A stretch of DNA of 64,000 nucleotides from contig VSPO01000002.1 of assembly GCA_009775375.1 (NCBI GenBank), positions 3,593 through 67,592 on the forward strand. The letters run 5' to 3'. Source of the stretch: Muribaculaceae bacterium (lineage in GTDB: Bacteria > Bacteroidota > Bacteroidia > Bacteroidales > Muribaculaceae). The position numbers and the translations under genes are program-made. Within the stretch, counting starts at the first letter, position 1; each line of letters begins with the position of its first letter. This document shows, in pieces, positions 59,452 through 64,000 of the stretch. The notes under the pieces are model-generated. The model saw nothing but the letters and a program-made list of their open reading frames with translations. It was not told the origin of the DNA and did no database searches.

Positions 59452-62259
59452 TCAATAGGATATATTGTGAAGTTCCTCGATTCGGCGGTCGGCAGATGGC
59501 TTTGTCAGCAGATTGGCCACCTGGCGGGGGGTCAGGCTCAATCTCGGTTTGCATTCTTTCGAGCCGACGTATTCCTTCGCCGACTGAATAAACCATCTCC
59601 CTTCCGGATATTGCTCAAGCTTATCGGCGTCGGCCATTATGATCATCAGTGTCCCGTCGCCCACCATGCATTCAAGCATGAGCCCGAGCCGGTAGTTGCG
59701 TTCTATGTTGTCGATGGGCTCGATAATAGGGTCGATAGAGGCGGGAAGACGGTCGATTATCAGCGGATAGGAATTTGCAGCCACGGCAAACCATTGCCAG
59801 TCCGTATGGTTGTCGGTGGGGAAGGATTTGAGTGCCGGGTGGGTGTCATTGATTAAAAGCCCCATCGTGCCGGGTGATGGCTTCTTTTTTACGTTTTCGC
59901 AGATCGTGCGAAACATTCGATAGTTCCAATAGTCCGTCTGGAAGAGTGGTCCGAGAGTCGCTTTGGAGGTAGTGGCGGAATCCGGCATGAGTATGACCCT
60001 TTTCCCTTTTTCAAGCAGCGCGAGGGCTTGGTCGATGTCTGTGGTCAGGACGACGTTCTTCACCTCCTTCATTTTTTCAGGATATATCCAGATGTCGTAG
60101 GAGTTGGTGACGTTGCCATTGTCGGCGCTTAACGAAAGGGTCATTTTTGTGGGCTTTTTGAGATAGGGAATCGCAAGCGATATGTTGCCTGCTTTGCAGA
60201 CGCCTTTGCCGGCCGCCACCTTTCCCGTGCCCTTGGCGAATGGAAGTTCCCACGTTACGTCGGTGCCTTCAAGGTCGCGGTTGCTGTAGTTGACCAGCTC
60301 AATCGGGATTTCAACGAGCTCCCCGGTGGAGAAACAGCGTTTGGGAAGATTCGCAAGCACCGTCACATCGTCGCACGACTGACGCCATTCTTCGGGGGTG
60401 ATGAATCCTTTTGAGTACATGAACGCATCGAGGATTCCCACCAGCGCGGTCCCCTGTCCGGGATAGTCCTGAAGGTCGAGAATCTGGAATCCTCCCATTC
60501 CCTTGGTGCGAAGGTTCATTTCCATGTCGGCCAAATATAGCTTTGTGGCCCACTTTCCTGAAGCATCGAAATATTTCTTTGCCTTGCGGAGCGTCCCGGC
60601 CTTATCGGCCTTGTCGCGGAAGGTCGCGAGATTGTCGGGACGCAGGGCCCCGGTATATTTCGCGATTTCGTCGTAGTTGGGATAGAATTGATACTGTCCG
60701 GTCTCGTGTCCCACCACCGGAATGGTTGATTTGGCAATCGCTCCTTCAAATGTGTCTGAAGTGTTGGGATAGGTGGAGTTCATGATTCCTCCATTGTCGG
60801 CGTCGGCGAAAGAGAACGAGGCGCGTGCATGAGATGAGAACCCGTCACCGGGACCTACGCGACACGTCACTAAAAAGTCGTCTCCGGGCATCTGTCCGTT
60901 GTAGCCAAGATATATGTTCGACCCGCGTGTGGAAAGTAGCCCGGGGGTAAGTTCGCGGGCTTTGTCGATGAACTTGCGCATGATGTCAGTGTCGCCCCAG
61001 AGTTCGTTGCCGATGGCAAACATCGTGAAGGAGGGATGATGGGCATATTCGCTCAAGACTTTCTCCATGTCGTTGTCGAGGAAGTCGAGGAGTTCCTTTC
61101 TGTCGTTGTCAAGCTCTCCCCAGATGGTCAGCTCTGGCTGGAGATAAATCCCGGCCTCGTCGGCTGCCTGGAAACAAGCCTCCGGAGGGCACCACGAATG
61201 GAATCTGACGTGGTTGATGCCATAGTCTTTAAGGATTTTGAAATAATTCCGCCATGAATCCACATCCATGGGGACGTGGGCTGTCATAGGCCATACGCAG
61301 GCGTCGTGCTTGCCGCGAAGGAAGGTGATGTCGCCATTGATGGTGAAATTGGTGCCGTCGGTTGCGAATTTGCGAAGTCCCGATTTGATTGTCTGGGAGT
61401 CTCTGATGCTTCCGGATTTGTCTTCGAGGGAGATGGTGATGTCGCAAAGTTGCGGGTCCCATTCGCTCCAGAGCGGAGTGTCGTAGGCGGGAAGGATGAT
61501 TTCGAAATGTTGGGGGGCGTTGGGCTTGATGACGGTGGAGGCTGAGTTATTGCCGCTTTTCACCGTGACTTTGGCCCCGTGATTTTTGTCCCCTGTGAAA
61601 TCTCCTGAAATTTTGAATTCGCGGTTGTCGATGTCGGGAATGATCTTCACGTTCTCAAGATGCATCGGATCGGTAGCGAGGATATGGAAGTCTCCGATTA
61701 TGCCGTTCCAGTTTGTTTGGGTCGATTCCGTGCATGCGTGTGAACTGTTGCGCACGGCTGCCGGGATCGACTCCCCGTTGTCGACGATGATTTCCAGGGT
61801 GTGTTCGCCCGGTGTCAGCTGAGTTGTCAGGTCATATCGTTGTGGAGCGGATATGGAGAATTCCTGACCGACCGCCACCCCGTCCACCACGACGGTCGTG
61901 GGGCGGGTGCGCTCCATGGTCAGCGTGAGTTTTTTCCCTCGGAAAGATTCCGGGATGTTGATTGAGCGTTTATACAGGGCTTTGCCGGTATATGTATGGC
62001 GTCGGGAAAGTTGGGTTGTGACATTGGAGGGAGGCACGGGAATGCCGGCTCCATTTGTGTCGAGAGTGCCGGGAAGGGAGGCAATCCCTGTTGCTTCTGC
62101 TCCTGAGAAACGTGCCGTGTCGGGCAATTCAAGCAGAGTATATTGCCAGATTCCGGAAAGGTCAAGTTTCCGGCGTTGTCCGTCTTGCGCCCAAATTGAG
62201 AAGACTGCAAACGAGAATGTCAGGAGAGAAAGGAGCTTAAAAGGGAGTCGATGTCGCAT
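59452..62259 (-). CDS. Secreted glycoside hydrolase, GH2-like
   Basis: Signal peptide; DLSGIW, WNGIIG, N.VRFHS, acid/base GNEL and HE.GQ. Confidence 0.82.
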   Translation of the reverse strand: MRHRLPFKLLSLLTFSFAVFSIWAQDGQRRKLDLSGIWQYTLLELPDTARFSGAEATGIASLPGTLDTNGAGIPVPPSNVTTQLSRRHTYTGKALYKRSINIPESFRGKKLTLTMERTRPTTVVVDGVAVGQEFSISAPQRYDLTTQLTPGEHTLEIIVDNGESIPAAVRNSSHACTESTQTNWNGIIGDFHILATDPMHLENVKIIPDIDNREFKISGDFTGDKNHGAKVTVKSGNNSASTVIKPNAPQHFEIILPAYDTPLWSEWDPQLCDITISLEDKSGSIRDSQTIKSGLRKFATDGTNFTINGDITFLRGKHDACVWPMTAHVPMDVDSWRNYFKILKDYGINHVRFHSWCPPEACFQAADEAGIYLQPELTIWGELDNDRKELLDFLDNDMEKVLSEYAHHPSFTMFAIGNELWGDTDIMRKFIDKARELTPGLLSTRGSNIYLGYNGQMPGDDFLVTCRVGPGDGFSSHARASFSFADADNGGIMNSTYPNTSDTFEGAIAKSTIPVVGHETGQYQFYPNYDEIAKYTGALRPDNLATFRDKADKAGTLRKAKKYFDASGKWATKLYLADMEMNLRTKGMGGFQILDLQDYPGQGTALVGILDAFMYSKGFITPEEWRQSCDDVTVLANLPKRCFSTGELVEIPIELVNYSNRDLEGTDVTWELPFAKGTGKVAAGKGVCKAGNISLAIPYLKKPTKMTLSLSADNGNVTNSYDIWIYPEKMKEVKNVVLTTDIDQALALLEKGKRVILMPDSATTSKATLGPLFQTDYWNYRMFRTICENVKKKPSPGTMGLLINDTHPALKSFPTDNHTDWQWFAVAANSYPLIIDRLPASIDPIIEPIDNIERNYRLGLMLECMVGDGTLMIIMADADKLEQYPEGRWFIQSAKEYVGSKECKPRLSLTPRQVANLLTKPSADRRIEELHNISY

Positions 62260-62477
62260 TTTGTTGGAAATGGTTGTGAAATTTTTGGTCTCTCGGCATT
62301 AGAGGATTAATCGCCCGCCATAAGTCTGACGAGCCTGCTTGCAAAGTTAATAAAAAAAAGCGATTTATTATGCCTGACGCATAAGAAACAAACCCTAAGA
62401 GAAAACGGAAAAATCCTCAAAATATCATTCAAGCCCGGATTCCTATGGCTATCTTTCCATTCCCAATCCCACCTTTT

Positions 62478-62526
62478 ACCGCCGGATGGCATTACTGTGA
62501 CACGGCCAAAGGCCGTGGTCCCCTCC
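62478..62526 (-). repeat. REP-like 50-bp dispersed repeat, copy 2
   Basis: Reverse complement matches 18004-18053 at 46/50. Confidence 0.8.
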
Positions 62527-62556
62527 CAACAACTAAAAAACCAACGACTCCCGACT

Positions 62557-62690
62557 AAAACAGAACAAAAATTTTCAAAACAGAACAGGATTTTTTTAAT
62601 CAGAACAGATATTTTCAAAACAGAACAAGATTTTTCAAAACAAAACACTTTGACTTTTTTAATCAGAACAAAATTTTTCAAATCAGAACA
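62557..62690 (+). repeat. Tandem array of about 7 x 20-bp units (consensus AAAACAGAACAnnATTTTTC)
   Basis: CAGAACA cores at 62561, 62581, 62601, 62621, 62641 (CAAAACA), 62664 and 62684. Confidence 0.85.
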
Positions 62691-62923
62691 CCCTGACAGA
62701 ATGATTTGCCCCCGGATAATTATTATCGAGGCCAAGTCCTTCCGTGATAATGTCGATGGATCACACGCTAAGGCGCAAAACATCGCAAAGAATTTATAGA
62801 TTGTTTACAACGCGCTTCAAGCCGTCGCGATCCATAAAAAACTCAGCGAAACTCTGCGCCTTTGCGTGAGATAAAAATTCCCATCCCTTGTCACTCTTAA
62901 TTTGATATTTTTAACTGTTAAAA

Positions 62924-62955
62924 TTTGTGGGTGGGTTTAAAAAGTGTTACCTTTG
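62924..62955 (+). promoter_or_regulatory. greA promoter
   Basis: TTTG, 20-bp spacer, TACCTTTG. Confidence 0.7.
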
Positions 62956-63146
62956 CAGCGAAAACGAGGAATGATGCCGCATAAGGCATCGATGAGGGTC
63001 TTTTAAGGCCGTGGATAATGCAGACAAGGTCGGCATTTTTGCGGAAATAGAAGATTCCTTCTTTTTTTATTATCATCCCAAAGGCCGACACCTGCCCGAG
63101 GGGCATTGCAAAACCAAGAAAAAAACTTAAACAAATCCCTATAAAA

Positions 63147-63611
63147 ATGGCAACTTATCTTACACAAGAAGGATATGACAAAAAAATGAAGGAGTTGAGC
63201 GAACTAGAGGCTCAGCGTCCCATGATAAAGCAGGCTATCGCGGAGGCCCGCGATAAAGGCGACCTTTCGGAGAACGCAGAGTATGACGCCGCCAAAGAGG
63301 CCCAGGGAATGCTTGAGATGAAAATCTCCAAAATCAAGGAGCTTATCGCCACGGCCCGCATCATAGACGACAGCAAGCTTAATACGGAAATCGTGCAGCT
63401 GCTCAACACGGTGACAATCAAAAACGTAAAGACAGGCATGACCGTGACCTATACTATCGTGACTGAGAACGAGGCTAATCTCCGTGAGGGGAAAATATCC
63501 TCCACTACTCCCATCGCCCAAGGGCTTATGGGCCATAAGGTCGGCGACGTGGTGAAAGTGACGGCTCCCGTGGGCGTGCTTGAGTTTGAGATTCTTAAAA
63601 TTGAGATTTGA
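63147..63611 (+). CDS. greA: Transcription elongation factor GreA
   Basis: AR.KGDLSENAEYDAAK and IS..TPIA..L.G. Confidence 0.96.
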   Translation: MATYLTQEGYDKKMKELSELEAQRPMIKQAIAEARDKGDLSENAEYDAAKEAQGMLEMKISKIKELIATARIIDDSKLNTEIVQLLNTVTIKNVKTGMTVTYTIVTENEANLREGKISSTTPIAQGLMGHKVGDVVKVTAPVGVLEFEILKIEI

Positions 63612-63616
63612 TAGCG

Positions 63617-64000
63617 ATGACCATATTCTCTAAAATAATTGCAGGGGAAATCCCCTCTTATAAGGTGGCGGAGGATGATAAATTCTACGCTTTCCTTGAT
63701 ATAAATCCTGTGAACTGGGGTCACACGCTTGTCGTGCCCAAGCAGGAGGTGGACTATATCTTTGACATCGACGACGACCAACTCGCCGACATGATCGTGT
63801 TTGCAAAGAAAGTGGCCACGGCCATGAAGAAGGCTATCCCATGCCGCAAGATCGGAGTGACCGTGCTTGGCCTTGAGGTGCCCCACGCCCACATCCATCT
63901 CGTGCCTCTCCAGAAGGAGGGCGACATGGATTTCAAGCATAAGATCGACAATCCCGACCCTGAGAAGATGAAGAAAATAGCCGCCGACATAGCAGCGAAT
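63617..64000 (+). CDS. HIT family protein (runs off the window end; missing from the ORF track)
   Basis: Translated by hand: MTIFSKIIAGEIPSYKVAEDD...GHTLVVPK...EVPHAHIHLVP. Confidence 0.9.
   Translation, partial: MTIFSKIIAGEIPSYKVAEDDKFYAFLDINPVNWGHTLVVPKQEVDYIFDIDDDQLADMIVFAKKVATAMKKAIPCRKIGVTVLGLEVPHAHIHLVPLQKEGDMDFKHKIDNPDPEKMKKIAADIAAN

Noticed and set aside
62557..62690. CRISPR array
   Set aside because: The repeats are contiguous without unique spacers, and there are no cas genes in the window.
62307..62799. ORFs of 158 aa (-) and 100 aa (+) across the repeat array
   Set aside because: Low-complexity translations of non-triplet repeats with no coding signal.
1..64000. tRNA, rRNA, prophage, integrase or defence genes
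   Set aside because: None recognised by eye; tRNAscan-SE, Infernal and DefenseFinder runs would be needed to exclude them formally.

Overview
A 64 kb chromosomal window from a Bacteroidales bacterium. The evidence is TAnnTTTG/TTTG promoters, a MurF-Alr fusion and a T9SS-type C-terminal domain; Muribaculaceae-like is my inference only. Most of it is housekeeping or metabolic: lutABC plus a lactate permease, mdh, a full trpBEGDCFA operon with a Trp leader-peptide attenuator, murF-alr, surE, GT2, mtaB, ftsX-uppP-truB-queA, recO, rubrerythrin, rRNA methyltransferases, a Cu ATPase and chaperone, tcdA, cysS, ispG, an acyl-CoA ligase, Fe-ADH, two tandem POT transporters, sufE, GH2, greA and HIT. Accessory content is a 2604-aa S8 protease and a small island (about 13.9-18.1 kb). 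The island holds a serpin lipoprotein, an IS5-family element, an IS-truncated TPR-type gene and an unknown lipoprotein. The most unusual signals are non-coding. Two clear and one looser paralogous promoter-to-terminator sRNA candidates have 5' ends complementary to ATGAAAA start regions. The IS left end carries an outward -7 promoter element aimed at the serpin. There is also a nested MITE/REP element, a 50-bp REP-like repeat present twice 44 kb apart, and a 20-bp-period tandem array between GH2 and greA. All function calls rest on motif recognition by eye, with no database searches.
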